Shown here one piece after another: positions 1-10,832 of a stretch of 64,000 nucleotides of DNA. The notes below the pieces were generated by a model that was not told the origin of the DNA, searched no databases, and saw nothing but the letters and a program-made list of their open reading frames with translations. The stretch comes from Chrysomallon squamiferum. Lineage: Eukaryota > Animalia > Mollusca. Numbering within the stretch: the stretch's first letter is position 1; each line of letters starts with the position of its first letter. The DNA lies in assembly GCA_012295275.1 (NCBI GenBank), contig CM022679.1, forward strand, positions 4,898,001 through 4,962,000, read 5' to 3'. The position numbers and the translations under genes were made by a program.

Positions 1-942
1 ACTCAAATTATTATTTGACAATTTTATGAAATGCTGAAACAAATGCTGTCATTATCAATTGGCATCAAAATTAAAGCATCAGAATATTTCAAAATTACTT
101 TTTACTTTCAAATAACACACTCCTGAGAATATACAAACTTGTAAGGATATATAAACTATATTAGAAATTTAATTAGCAAGCACTGTGTAGGATTAGTGTG
201 TTGGAGAGATATGTTGTAAGAAAGAAAGTTAAATGATGTCTTATTAATACTTCTAAACTTTCTAAAAATATTTGCTTACACTTCAAGGGGAACTTGCCGC
301 ATTGTGTATCTGCTGGTCATCATTTAACTGGATCTGTTTTTTCCATCAGGAAAATCTGTATTTTCATCAGTTAGTGTACGTTTAACAAACTGCCACTCAT
401 CAAAAATAATTCGTATGAATTAAAAACTGTCTGTTATCACTTAATCGTGCTGTGACTAAGATGAAATATTTTGTCAACAAGTCGGCATGTCGGGGATTTC
501 ATTCATGCATGGATATAAATTTGTACAACTAAAATAATGTCTGTCAATGTTCATAGAATTTCGATTAATGCAGTGTAGGTATATGCATTAACCGCAGATA
601 CCTGACCTTACAGTACGTTCACTGAGCACTTTCAGTTTAATAGTCACTCAAATATATCAATGCAAACAAACATGGAGGAAAAGTTCCAATCCCACAATGC
701 AGCAAGTTGACCCAATACGAGTGCGCACTGACAACCTCTAACTGACCCGGTTCCAAAGTAGGACAGTTGCTTGGAAACATATAAACAGTGATCGATCGCT
801 TTAAAATTCAGCTATTTAAATACAATTACGTTTTAGATCAAGCATTTTCACTTAAAAGTGAAACCATGCAAAATTGGGTGACGCCGCGAGAGAATATTTT
901 ATGCGTCTTTTGTTAACGTGAATCAGCAAGATTAAAATATAG

Positions 943-994
<52 letters not shown>

Positions 995-2480
995 CAATAA
1001 TATTAATAATCCACAAACTAAAAAATAAAAACACTCAAAATTTTTCCTTTCTGTCATTTAAAAATATATAATCGTAAAACTGACACATGCGTTTATTTAA
1101 TTCTATTATTTCGCTTTTATTATAACTCGTCTATAGTTATTAACAGGTTTACGATGCGCATAAAACCCGAGACAGATGTTTATGAAAATGATAACCACCC
1201 CTCTACAATAAACAACAACAAAAAAAACAACAACAAAAAAACTTACTGCATGTTAACAAGGAAATTATGAGTGTTTGTATTCATAATTCACCTAGTGATA
1301 TCATGTCAGGTTATAAGTTAAATCTTGTGCTGCATATTGTAATTTTTATTTTACATTGTATTTATTTACTGCTTTCTATGAATATGAAAACATACGCACA
1401 TACACACACAGACAGATACATATTTTAAACCATAAAGTTTATTTATTTAATTTAATTTAATTTAATTTAATTTAATTTAATTTAATTTAATTTTATTTTA
1501 TTTTATTTATCTTTTATTTTATTTTATTTTATTTATATATACTTTTAACAGTTATATTTATATTTATTATTATTTTAATGGGAAAACAAAGCTGGCAGAC
1601 CCATGTTATAACATAAAACAGTTAACGATGTTCGTCACTTATCTTGATAATGATATTTCATTTGAATTCAGTTTCTAATATGTAATTAATTGTTAATGAC
1701 TTAAAAATGACGACAATAAATAAAATTCCTTTTGAGGAAATAAACTGGAATATGTATATTACTTTTTAATGACCCTAAATGAACAAAACAAAACATTGAT
1801 AATATAACTGTATAAAAAATATAATACACATGAACTTTAGTACATTTCTGCAATTTATTTGGTTTATTTATTTATTTATTTATTTATTTAGTTAGTTAGT
1901 TAGTTAGTTGGTTAGTCCGTTCGTTCATTAGTTAGTTACTTAATTAGTTAATTAGTTGGTTGGTTACTAATATACTTATTTAATGCTTGACATTTTATAT
2001 TTTTAAAAATTAATTTTATTAGCATTTTTATTCTTTTCAATTTTATTATCATTATTCCTCGAACATTATTTTTTTTTCTCTCGCATGAAGTTAATGGTAA
2101 TCATCCTTGTATAGTGTCCTAAAACAAATAACTTCTGTTCTTCATTATTTCATTTCTTCTTTGTCGTCGTCTTTTAAATAAATAAAATAAATAATAGCAT
2201 AAAATAAAAGAAAAGAAAAGAAAAGAAACTTTAAAAATAAATAAATTATAAATATAGAGAGAAAGACAATACATATCAATAATTATATTTTATTTTATTT
2301 TATTTTATCTTATTTTTATTATTTACCAACATATTTATTAATTAGATGTAGAGGTAACGAAGGAAAGGTGTGTTGTTTAAAAAAAAAATTCTTTCCTGTA
2401 AATAAATGTCTCTAAAACTGGTGAATCGTTTACCCAGTATGTTGTCCATTTAAGTCAATGACGTAATCTCCTCGGTTATT

Positions 2481-2515
<35 letters not shown>

Positions 2516-3118
2516 TTAGTCTGTTATTATATTCTACTTACTACATGTCGATATTGATTATGTTTATTATTTATATTATTTATATTATTATTATTATTAT
2601 TATAATTTTTATTTCTTTATTTATTTATTTATTTAATCATTTTTAGTTTTTTGTTTATTTATTTATTTTGTTTTGTTTATTATTTTTATTTATTTACTTA
2701 AATTTTTGCCTTCTTCAGTTTGGTCTTTTTATTCTGTTTCCCCTCCAGTGTTTTCTTGTTTTTTATTGTTATAACTTTCTTAGTACTAAATATTATTTAT
2801 TTTATTCTATTTATTTATTTGCTTCTGTAGTATAATTTTATATTATTATATTATTGTTATAAATATGTTAGTACTTATAATTATTTAATTTAACTTATTT
2901 CCTTATTTTATGTATCTTAATTTTTATTACTATCATAAATATATTATTTCTTTTTATAACTATTATTATTACTAATTGTTAATTATTTTATTTTATTTGC
3001 CTATAATTATTTTTCATCATCATAGCTGTATTATTTATTATTAAAAATTAGATTATTTATTAATCTTTATTTTTTTGTTATTTAACTATGATTACGAAAG
3101 CAATTGTATGAAGAGACA

Positions 3119-3151
3119 CTTTCTTAAGATTTGATGGCCCTGAAAAGGGCC
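3119..3151 (-). terminator. Histone-type 3' stem-loop + HDE (A1)
   Basis: Minus strand reads AAAAAC-GGCCCTTTTCAGGGCC-ATCAAATCTT-AAGAAAG; 6-bp stem, 4-nt loop; resembles sea urchin HDE CAAGAAAGA in sequence and spacing. Confidence 0.85.
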
Positions 3152-3535
3152 GTTTTTTGGGGGGAGATTGTTTTTATTTTCTTGTTTCATTTGGTCACTG
3201 GATTCCATCCTGTCATCGTTGAGGGCTGCAGAATGCTTGAGTCGTCTTCGCTTTTGATTGCAGAAGATCCTCCCTTCGGCCACGTTCTGGAAAGTTCGGG
3301 GTGTCCCGACCTCTAACCGTAGTAATGAACCTCGGAGCGGATCATCAACAATCAGTTTTGAAGACGATTTCCAACCAAACACAGCACCAAGATGCAGGAT
3401 GCAGGATCCAGTGAACAAAGAAACACTCCTTGAGATTAGCTGTTTAATCAGCGTCTTGTTTTTCCACATCCCGGATATAAATCAACGGGGTAGTGGATGT
3501 TCAATTGTTTTATAAAAAGAACCCTCAGGCTTACG
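3131..3535 (-). ncRNA. Unit A1: putative ~400-nt structured RNA with histone-type 3' end (5' end estimated from TATA)
   Basis: TATATAA at 3562-3556; stem-loop GGCCCT-TTTC-AGGGCC at 3151-3136; AAGAAAG 10 nt further on; long rod-like self-complementarity 3195-3414; no histone ORF. Confidence 0.6.
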
Positions 3536-3555
3536 TCATTCCATCTTTGTCGTCC

Positions 3556-3648
3556 TTATATAGACAGAAAACGGACGTAAAAGAAGTCACCTTGATGTTA
3601 GCAATGGCGTCGACAACAAGGAGTTGTGTTTTTTTCGTTGAAACTTTA
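3556..3648 (-). promoter_or_regulatory. Unit A1 promoter: TATA box, GGTGAC motif, shared upstream A/B box
   Basis: TATATAA 3556-3562; AGGTGACTTCT ~3582-3592; plus-strand GGAGTTGTGTTTTT..GAAACTTTA 3620-3648 also found upstream of B units. Confidence 0.6.
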
Positions 3649-5279
3649 ACGCGTTAAAATCTTCTGTAACATTATCATTCTCTAATATGTGTATAAAAGT
3701 ATTTTTGATGTGATTCCTTTTAAGAATACAATATAAAAATATTTCTATAATCATGATAATGTCGAAACTTTCTTGATATTATTCAAAGAAAGATAAAATA
3801 ATATCGAATTTATAGTGGTTTTCTTTGTTTTTATTCTGTTTAATATAAACAGTTTACTTCTGACAGTGTTTTCTAGTTATTTAGTTACGACTAAGTAATA
3901 AACAGTATAAAATGTGAATTGTTCAATGAGTATTTTGATTTAAAAATAATAATTAAATATTAAAGAAGAACGAGTAATATGATGTAAATTATTTGTTGGT
4001 AAACAGTCGTCATTATTTACTTTTTTTTTTTTTGTTGTATTATATTCAAAACCTGAAAGATTAGTTAATGTAATACACATATATATGTACATACAACTAT
4101 GCATACCTAAACAGAACTTCATACATACTCTGTGTATATTTCTCATTTTACAACAACAACAACAAACTAATTTTTTTAAATTGCTATCTTTATTGTTTAG
4201 ATTTCTTCCTGGTTAAAAACTACATACACTGCTTAGCATTAACAAACACCACGGTCTGTCAGATTATATTATAAATCCTCTTTTGAACCCAGTGAACCAT
4301 AACCAGTGATTTCAAAGTTCAAAATGCAAATATCCATACATACATGCATGCATGCATGCATACATAATACACACACATACATACATACATACATACATAC
4401 ATACTTAAAGTAATTCGTAAGAGATAGACAGGAGCTAATCAGAGTGTGTAAACTTTCTAAATGTTGCCAGCCAGTAACAGAATATAATTACTCCACCACT
4501 TGTGTGATTTGCATGAATAACAATATATTTATGTACACTGGATCATACTACAGTATCAGTAAAATATGATTTCTGCTTAAAAAGACTGTATACTCAACAA
4601 GGACTAATACAAAATATGTAATTATAAACAAATTCATTTATTTATTTTGAATAAATTTAATTAACAAACTAGCTGTTAACGAAAGCTAAGGAACCTAAAG
4701 TACCATCTAATGAGGAATTAAAAAAAATTAAAAAAAAAAAAAAAAAAAAAAAATAAAAATAGTCAAAGTTACAGTCCCACACCCACTAACAATTTCTGTC
4801 AACTACACTGATAAATGTAATTAATATATATATATTTTTTTTTTCTAAGTTGTTTTGTTTTATATCAAAATACTCCACAAACCAATAATTGAGGTAAACT
4901 GGATTTAATATTCTCTGTATTTCTTGCTCTGTAAACAATATATATATATATGTTTATATATATTGAATATTTATATGTATGTATGTATGCCACAATTAAT
5001 TATAGTTCCACTATTTTCCTTGCAGACTTCTATCTTTAAAAATAAACTTATTAAATATAAACAGAGATATTCCATGAATCATCTCTAGATATCTAATAAA
5101 ACAAAAGGAAAATTTAAATAAATAAATAAATAAAAAAATGCATTTTATATAATCATTTTATTATACAGATTTTTAATTTCCATTACAAATTAAGTTCGCA
5201 AAATTTTACATTGTTCATCACGATATTATATTTAATTTTCATGAATGCCGCACACTTTCAGAGACTTCCATACAGAATG

Positions 5280-5324
<45 letters not shown>

Positions 5325-5794
5325 GTAATATCAGATAATAGATAATTGATGAGCTTGGATTTTTAAAAATAAAAAAAAATAAAATAAAGTGACAGTATAA
5401 ATATACACAAAACTGTTTTCTAACAGTATATTTTTATTAAACGTATGCAAGTACTGTACATAGATGTTTGTTATTTTTCTACTGTTTTATTTTATTTTTA
5501 CACTCACTGTTTAGCAGTACTGATGATCCTTTTGATATTTATTGTGTTTAGCATACGGAAATGCTGGACAGACTTAAAAACAAAAAATGTCTCATGAATG
5601 TCATGGCTTTAGTTTTATATAATTTACCACGCTGACAATATTTTACCCATTTTCAGTTTATATTAGTTACCAGAGTGACAACAGTGTCAGCAGTTTCAAT
5701 TTACTTTAGTACCATATTGAGAATGTTGTACCTTTCACTTTTTATTGTAACATTTGAAATATTTCTCAAACTAACAGTTGTTGTTCCTAAATTA

Positions 5795-5846
<52 letters not shown>

Positions 5847-6664
5847 TATTTTGAAAATTACTAGTGTGAAAAACGAACATTTCCAAAACAGAAGTGAATT
5901 CTGCTTCAACTTAGCGCAATTAATACTAAAAATAGAAATTTTTAACCAAAACTAGAAGCAAGGAGAATAATTATGGAAAAGGAAGTATATTAGATTCGTC
6001 TCCCTTGGACTACAATTGGTGTGTCACGATAATAATAATAATTATAATAATATATTTTCATATTATATTTTCTTTTCTTGTATTAAATATTATTTACTGC
6101 ATGTTGATACTGAGGATGTATATTATTTTTTAACGGAAATAATTTAAACAACTACCAACATCATGGATAAAAATTTAAATTTAATTATTTTACATTATAA
6201 GAAAAAAAAAAACATGTTTTGGGGGTTTTATGAAAAAGATTCTTTTTATTAAAATCATTCATATTTACTTATCATATAACAGATATATAAAATAAAATAC
6301 ACACATTAAAGGGCGTTAGCAAATTTATGCTATTTATTTTCTTCGTTTATTTTTAATAATCATTTTGTGATTATGGTCTTGTTCAATTTTTTTCTTAGAA
6401 CGACTTATTATCAATTTTATTTTGTTAATTTTATAATTAATGCTGTATAAATTATTTATTATATATTTATTATAGTTAATATTGTTACTTATTTATATAT
6501 GTATAATAATTATGTTATTATTAGGTATTATTAGTACGAATTATCATTCATTTTATTTTATTTTATTTGTTTGTTTATGTAGCATAATTAATTTTATTAT
6601 CATAAACAGATTATTATTCTTTTTATTTTATTTTATTATTTAACAGCAATTGTATGAAAATACG

Positions 6665-6697
6665 CTTTCTTAAGGTTTGGTGGCCCTGAAAAGGGCC
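6665..6697 (-). terminator. Histone-type 3' stem-loop + HDE (B1)
   Basis: AACAAC-GGCCCTTTTCAGGGCC-ACCAAACCTT-AAGAAAG, with canonical ACCA after the stem. Confidence 0.9.
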
Positions 6698-7150
6698 GTT
6701 GTTGTTGTTACCCATCCTTTCGAGGGGTTTCTTAGACCGGGCTCTTCATCCGCTAGTGTTGGAATTTGATAGCACACATAGAATTACATTTTCGCAATTC
6801 TTTTGTGGGGTTCGTTAGGTTGGCCTCTTCATCCGTCAGTGTTGGAATTTGACAGATCACATAGAATTACATTTTCGCAATTCTTTTGTGGGTTTCTCAG
6901 TTTGGCCTCTTCGGCCGCCATTATTTGATTTTCAGGCATTCACAGAATTACATTTTCGCAATTCTTCGAGGGGCTTCTGAGATTGGCTCTTCAGCCGCCA
7001 GTATTGGACTTTGAGAGCACACACAGAATTACATTTTCGCAATTCTTCGAGGGCTTTCTCATTTTGAAGACTCCGCCAGTATCTGACTTTGAGAGCTCAC
7101 ATAGAACTTCATTTTAACAATTCCTCTGAAAGGCTGCTTCCCGGAGTATA
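6677..7150 (-). ncRNA. Unit B1: putative repeat-array RNA (4 full + 1 degenerate ~80-nt units) with histone-type 3' end
   Basis: TATATATAAA 7183-7174; hairpin AGAATTGCG-AAAA-TGTAATTCT at 6780, 6863, 6944, 7025; stem-loop 6697-6682; ATG-initiated frames I traced stop within ~25 codons. Confidence 0.6.
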
Positions 7151-7173
7151 TTGCCTTGCTGACCGTTCTCGTC

Positions 7174-7299
7174 TTTATATATACGCCGATGATGTCACCA
7201 TAGAAACACAGACACGTGACGTGATTAGAAAACAAACGGAAGCCGTTCTCGTGACCTCTCCATCCCTGATGGAGTTGTGTTTTTGTCTTCGAAACTTTA
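7174..7299 (-). promoter_or_regulatory. Unit B1 promoter
   Basis: TATA 7174-7183; GGTGACATC 7191-7199; CACGTGACGT ~7214; shared box GGAGTTGTGTTTTT..GAAACTTTA 7271-7299. Confidence 0.6.
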
Positions 7300-8331
7300 C
7301 AGTTTTAGAATGTGGTACCGTAATAATACTATATGTCAGATATATGTGTATATTTGTTATATGTTTCTGTTTTCAGTATTTATATTTTTATCCGCATGAT
7401 GTCAATATTTCCTTGACGCCAATTAAAAAAACACCAGGTTGAAACAAAATTTATAACTGACTGCATATTTAATATAGATTTTAAAATCAATGGGTTTTTT
7501 TTTAGCAATGTTTTATGATGCCGTATATATCATTAAAGAATCCAGAATATGAAATGTACATACCTTTTGTGCATATATTGATACTGTCAATAGGAAAACA
7601 AATAAACAAAGCACACACTAGCACAACCACTTGACAGTTGCATTAAGCTAATGAATTTGTGACGTAATCATTCAAAACCTTACTCAGTCTGTATCATTTA
7701 CTACAAAATTTAGTTTACCATGTGATGAAAAAAATAAGAAACTAGATCCAAAAGTAACTTTTTAATACTTTTGTTTTAAATAATTTATTATTATTGTTGT
7801 TGTTACTATTATTATTTAAACTGGTTATTTCTAATTCATCAAGATATCAACAGACAAGTTTTTTAAGTGAAGTGTTTTTTTATTTGAAGTGTGCAGACTA
7901 ATTGGAAGAATATTTTCTTTGACATAAGTAATTATTAACTGATAAATGATGATAATATTACAATTACTTCTCAATACATTAAAAACTATTTGTATTCTTA
8001 TGTTTTATATGAATTTTTAAATTTGTTTCTTTTTTTAATTTGGTCTTGTTCAATTTTTTTTCTTAGAACGACTTATTATCAATTTTATTTTGTTAATTTT
8101 ATAATTAATGTTGTATAATTATTTATTATATATTTATTATAGTTAATATTGTTACTTATTTATATATGTATGATAATTATGTTATTATTAGGTATTATTA
8201 GTACGAATTATCATTCATTTTATTTTATTTTATTTGTTTGTTTATGTAGCATAATTAATTTTATTATCACAAACAGATTATTATTCTTTTTATTTTATTT
8301 TATTATTTAACAGCAATTGTATGAAAATACG

Positions 8332-8364
8332 CTTTCTTAAGGTTTGGTGGCCCTGAAAAGGGCC
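8332..8364 (-). terminator. Histone-type 3' stem-loop + HDE (B2)
   Basis: Identical to the B1 signal. Confidence 0.9.
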
Positions 8365-8885
8365 GTTGTTGTTGTTACCCATCCTTTCGACGGGTTTCTT
8401 AGACCGGGCTCTTCATCCGCCAGTGTTGGAATTTGATAGCACACACAGAATTACATTTTCGCAATTCTTTTGTGGGGTTCGTTAGGTTGGCCTCTTCATC
8501 CGCCTGTATTGGAATTTGACAGCTCACATAGAACATTTTCGCAATTCTTTCGAGGGGTTTCTGAGATTGGCCTCTTCAGCCGCCAGTGTTGGACTTTGAG
8601 AGCCCAAACAGAATTACATTTTCGCAATTCTTTCCTCTGGTTCCTTAGGTTGGCCCTTCAGCCGCCAGTATTGGACTTTGAGAGCACACACAGAATTACA
8701 TTTTCGCAATTCTTTGAGGGGCTTCTCAGTTTGTCCTCTTCATCCGCCAGTGTTGGAATTTCAGAGCACACACAGAATTACATTTTCGCAATTCTTTGAG
8801 GGGCTTCTCAGTTTGTCCTCTTCATCCGCCAGTATCTGACTTTGAGAGGACACAGAGAACTTCATTTTAACTATTCTTCTGAAAG
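8344..8885 (-). ncRNA. Unit B2: repeat-array RNA (5 + 1 degenerate units) with histone-type 3' end
   Basis: TATA 8914-8905; hairpins at 8447, 8530 (3-nt deletion), 8610, 8692, 8774; stem-loop 8364-8349. Confidence 0.55.
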
Positions 8886-9689
8886 GCTGCTTCCCGTTCT
8901 TGTCTTTATATATACGCCGATGATGTCACCATAGAAACACAGACACGTGACGTGATTAGTAAACAAACGGCAAACGTTCTCGTGACGTCGCCATCCCTGA
9001 TGGAGTTGTGTTTTTGTCTTTGAAACTTTACCGTTTTAGAATGTGGTACCGTAATAATACTTTATGTCAGATATATGTGTATATTTGTTATATGTTTCTG
9101 TTTTCGGTATTTATATTTTTATCCGCATAATGTCAATATTTTCCTTGACGCCAATTAAAAAACACCAGGTTGAAACAAAATTTATAACTGACTGCATATT
9201 TAATATGGATTTTAAAATCAATGTTTTTTTTTTTTTTAGCAATGTTTTATGATGCCGTATATATCATTAAATATCTGGAATATGAAATGTACATACCTTT
9301 TTGTGCATATATTCATACTGTAAATAGAAAAACAAATAAACAAAGCACACACTAGCACAACCACTTGACGGTTGCATTAAGCTAATGAATTTGTGACGTA
9401 ATCATTCAAAACAGTGATACGCTTTCTTAACCTTACTCAATCTGTATCATTTACTACAAAATTTAGTTTTACATGTGATGAAAAAAATAGGAAACAAATA
9501 GATCCAGAAGTAAAGTTTTACTACTTTTGTTATAAATAATTAATTAGTTATAATTATTATTATTATTATTACTTTATAACAATACTAATAACAACAATCA
9601 TCATCATCATTATTATCATTATTAATGATGCTAATACTAATGTTGTTACTACATTACGGCTATTACAACTGAAATAAGATGAACAGAAA

Positions 9690-9725
9690 CGCTCATTCTG
9701 AAGACATGTCGCCCTAAAAAGGGCG
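9690..9725 (-). terminator. Variant histone-type stem-loop + purine-rich element (C1)
   Basis: AAAA-CGCCCTTTTTAGGGCG-ACATGTCTTC-AGAATGAGCG; the base pair at the stem base is C-G instead of G-C. Confidence 0.7.
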
Positions 9726-9925
9726 TTTTCGTCTCCTTCCTGACACCTGACATCTTTAGAACTTGCGACAGGACGTTCTATTTGGTCTGTCTGGGTTTCC
9801 TCTTTATAGCGGTTTTCTTGCCAACACTCGCCTGCACTAGCTCCCTAGTAGGTATCAAGCTCGACAGATAACAGTCTGATGAACTTCCAGGACTGACGAT
9901 TCGGCTTTCGTTGTCACAATAATTT
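9705..9925 (-). ncRNA. Unit C1: putative ~215-nt structured RNA with variant histone-type 3' end
   Basis: TATAAA 9952-9947; CGCCCT-TTTT-AGGGCG 9725-9710 followed by ACA; no ATG until ~25 nt before the stem-loop. Confidence 0.5.
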
Positions 9926-10405
9926 AAAATGCCAAAAGTCGTGCACTTTATACCCTCGTACCGGACCTGAAAGAAGTGACACCTTTATTTACATTTTCAA
10001 CATTGTTGTTTTGTACGTGCTACGGATACATTTTTATCTCTAATTTTGTTTTTATATTATATTTTTATATTCTAAAACGATTTATATTCTTGTTTTATAT
10101 GAATTTTTAAATTTGTTTCTTTCTTCAATTTTATCTTGTTGAATGTTTTCTTAGAACTAATTTTTTTTTTATAATTAATGTTGTATAATTATTTACTCTA
10201 TATTTATTATAATTATTATTATTACTTATTTATATATGTATTATAATTTATTACCATGATAATTATGTTTATTATTAGCTACTATTAGTACTAATTATTT
10301 TTTATTTATTTTATTTATTTCTTTACGTATGTGGTATAATTATTTTTATTATCATAACCATATTATTTATTTATTATTATTAAACAGCAATTGTATGGAA
10401 ACACG

Positions 10406-10438
10406 CTTTCTTAAGATTTGGTGGCCCTGAAAAGGGCC
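10406..10438 (-). terminator. Histone-type 3' stem-loop + HDE (A2)
   Basis: GGCCCTTTTCAGGGCC-ACCAAATCTT-AAGAAAG. Confidence 0.9.
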
Positions 10439-10832
10439 GGGGTTTTGGGGTGGGGATATTTTTATTTTATTTATTTTTTGTTTCATTTGGTCACTGGATT
10501 CCATCCTGTCATCGTTGAGGGCTGCAGAATGCTTGAGTCGTCTTCGCTTTTGATTGCAGAAGATCCTCCCTTCGGCCACGTTCTGGAAAGTTCGGGGTGT
10601 CCCGACCTCTAACCGTAGTAATGAACCTCGGAGCGGATCATCAACAATCAGTTTTGAAGACGATTTCCAACCAAACACAGCACCAAGATGCAGGATGCAG
10701 GATCCAGTGAACAAAGAAACACTCCTTGAGATTAGCTGTTTAATCAGCGTCTTGTTTTTCCACATCCCGGATATAAATCAACGGGGTAGTGGATGTTCAA
10801 TTGTTTTATAAAAAGAACCCTCAGGCTTACGT
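10418..10832 (-). ncRNA. Unit A2: second copy of the type A RNA
   Basis: 10481-10837 reads identical to 3185-3541; TATATAA 10859-10853; stem-loop 10438-10423. Confidence 0.6.

Larger units (their letters stand above)
6370..9540. repeat. Tandem duplication of the B unit with flanks (~6370-7790 vs ~8035-9540)
   Basis: Near-identical AT-rich flanks and upstream regions, period ~1.7 kb. Confidence 0.9.

Noticed and set aside
3288-3320. RNase P/MRP CR-I-like GGAAAGTTCGG, or a telomerase template
   Set aside because: On the strand opposite the promoter; no CR-V partner and no CTAACCCT template
5731-5786. Isolated minus-strand exon candidate (TTTVSLRNISNVTIKSE)
   Set aside because: AG/GT present but no partner exons or homology found
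8550-8590. Hammerhead ribozyme (CTGAAGA..GAAA on the minus strand)
   Set aside because: Stem II closing pair and stems I/III do not form; the core is not conserved across units
7089-8799. Plus-strand ORFs over the B units (117 aa and 109 aa)
   Set aside because: Non-ATG starts, not conserved between B1 and B2, and antisense to the TATA/stem-loop orientation
6715-8880. CRISPR array
   Set aside because: The linkers are homologous to each other rather than unique, the context is eukaryotic, and there are no cas genes
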